Below are positions 63,707 through 64,000 of a stretch of 64,000 nucleotides of DNA, piece after piece. Each line of letters starts with the position of its first letter. Position 1 is the stretch's first letter. The position numbers and the translations under genes were made by a program. The notes beneath the pieces were generated by a model. It ran no database searches, was not told where the DNA came from, and worked only from the letters and a program-made list of their open reading frames with translations. Source of the DNA: Planctomycetota bacterium (GTDB lineage: Bacteria > Planctomycetota > UBA1135 > JAKEFM01); contig DASRRH010000004.1 of the NCBI GenBank assembly GCA_035695825.1, positions 24,515-88,514 of the forward strand, written 5' to 3'.

Positions 63707-64000
63707 TCACTTCTCGTGTACGTGGCGGTGGTGGAGGTCGGGCGGGTGCGCGTGCGCGTGCTCGAGAGGCTCGTGCGTGTGCCAGTGGGAGTGCCGCGTG
63801 TGCACCGGAAGTCCCGAATGCTCGTGGGCGTGGTGCCCGTCGTCGTGCCGGTGGCTGTGGAGGTGCTCGTCGGCCGCGTGCTGGTGCAGGTGCGCGTGCC
63901 GCTCGAGGACGAGCAGGGCGACCGAGGCGAGGAAGAGGCCTCCCGCGGCGAGCTCGGTGCCGCCGAAGGATTCGCGAAAGACGAGGAAGGAGAAGGCGGC
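63707..64000 (-). CDS. Partial CDS (3' end): membrane protein C-terminus (EamA/DMT-like last helices) with a ~65-aa His-rich tail
   Basis: Minus-strand translation reads ...AAFSFLVFRESFGGTELAAGGLFLASVALLVLERHAHLHQHAADEHLHSHRHDDGHHAHEHSGLPVHTRHSHWHTHEPLEHAHAHPPDLHHRHVHEK*. It runs off the window and is not in the ORF track. Confidence 0.6.
   Translation of the reverse strand, partial: AAFSFLVFRESFGGTELAAGGLFLASVALLVLERHAHLHQHAADEHLHSHRHDDGHHAHEHSGLPVHTRHSHWHTHEPLEHAHAHPPDLHHRHVHEK

Noticed and set aside
1-64000. Looked for CRISPR arrays, tRNA/rRNA genes, IS elements, integrases, phage genes, toxin-antitoxin or known defence-system genes.
   Set aside because: I found no regularly spaced direct repeats, no T-loop-like GGTTCGAATCC strings in intergenic regions, and no transposase, integrase or nuclease-like translations by eye. 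A tRNAscan/Infernal/ISfinder run would be needed to exclude them formally.

Overview
This is a very GC-rich bacterial chromosomal segment (about 70% or more by eye, not computed) and it is almost fully coding. Most long ORFs in the six-frame track are Arg/Pro/Gly-rich GC artefacts. I kept about 50 CDS whose translations read like real proteins. Many starts were reset to GTG/ATG/TTG codons that overlap the upstream stop by 4 nt.

Layout:
(i) 0.2-1.5 kb: MFS transporter.
(ii) 1.9-6.0 kb: tandem pair of secreted MBL-fold/Fn3 paralogs.
(iii) 6.3-39.7 kb: a ~33 kb Wzx/Wzy-type surface-glycan locus. It holds a Wzc-like co-polymerase, Wza-like exporter, Wzy/O-antigen-ligase-like protein, MurJ-like flippase and a priming phosphoglycosyltransferase. 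It also holds an RfbH/E1-type dehydrase-like enzyme, a methyltransferase, eight cytoplasmic GTs (GT-A/GT-B folds and one GT26), three tandem GT-C-like membrane proteins, four SGNH hydrolase paralogs, a GH13-like hydrolase and an FG-GAP propeller protein.
(iv) 39.7-48.9 kb: RND tripartite efflux operon headed by a small helical protein and an HPr-like protein, next to a GAF-GAF sigma-54 activator.
(v) 49.1-50.7 kb: arsR-aquaporin-arsC operon.
(vi) 51.0-53.2 kb: a basic hypothetical protein and a lipoprotein 5'-nucleotidase.
(vii) 53.5-63.5 kb: metal/oxyanion island. A CusRS-like two-component system plus a ChrB-C-domain protein lies divergent from PepSY, DUF1259, ChrA, a three-domain redox lipoprotein and a CBM9/DUF5916-like protein.
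(viii) 63.7-64.0 kb: partial gene with a His-rich tail.

Top finding: track ORFs 58975..60042 and 60058..61242 are one reading frame. It is interrupted by a TGA exactly at the first Cys position of a thioredoxin-type WCxxC motif, and a SECIS-like hairpin follows. This makes it a candidate UxxC selenoprotein with an unusual domain fusion.

I recognised no rRNA, tRNA, CRISPR array, transposase or integrase by eye.
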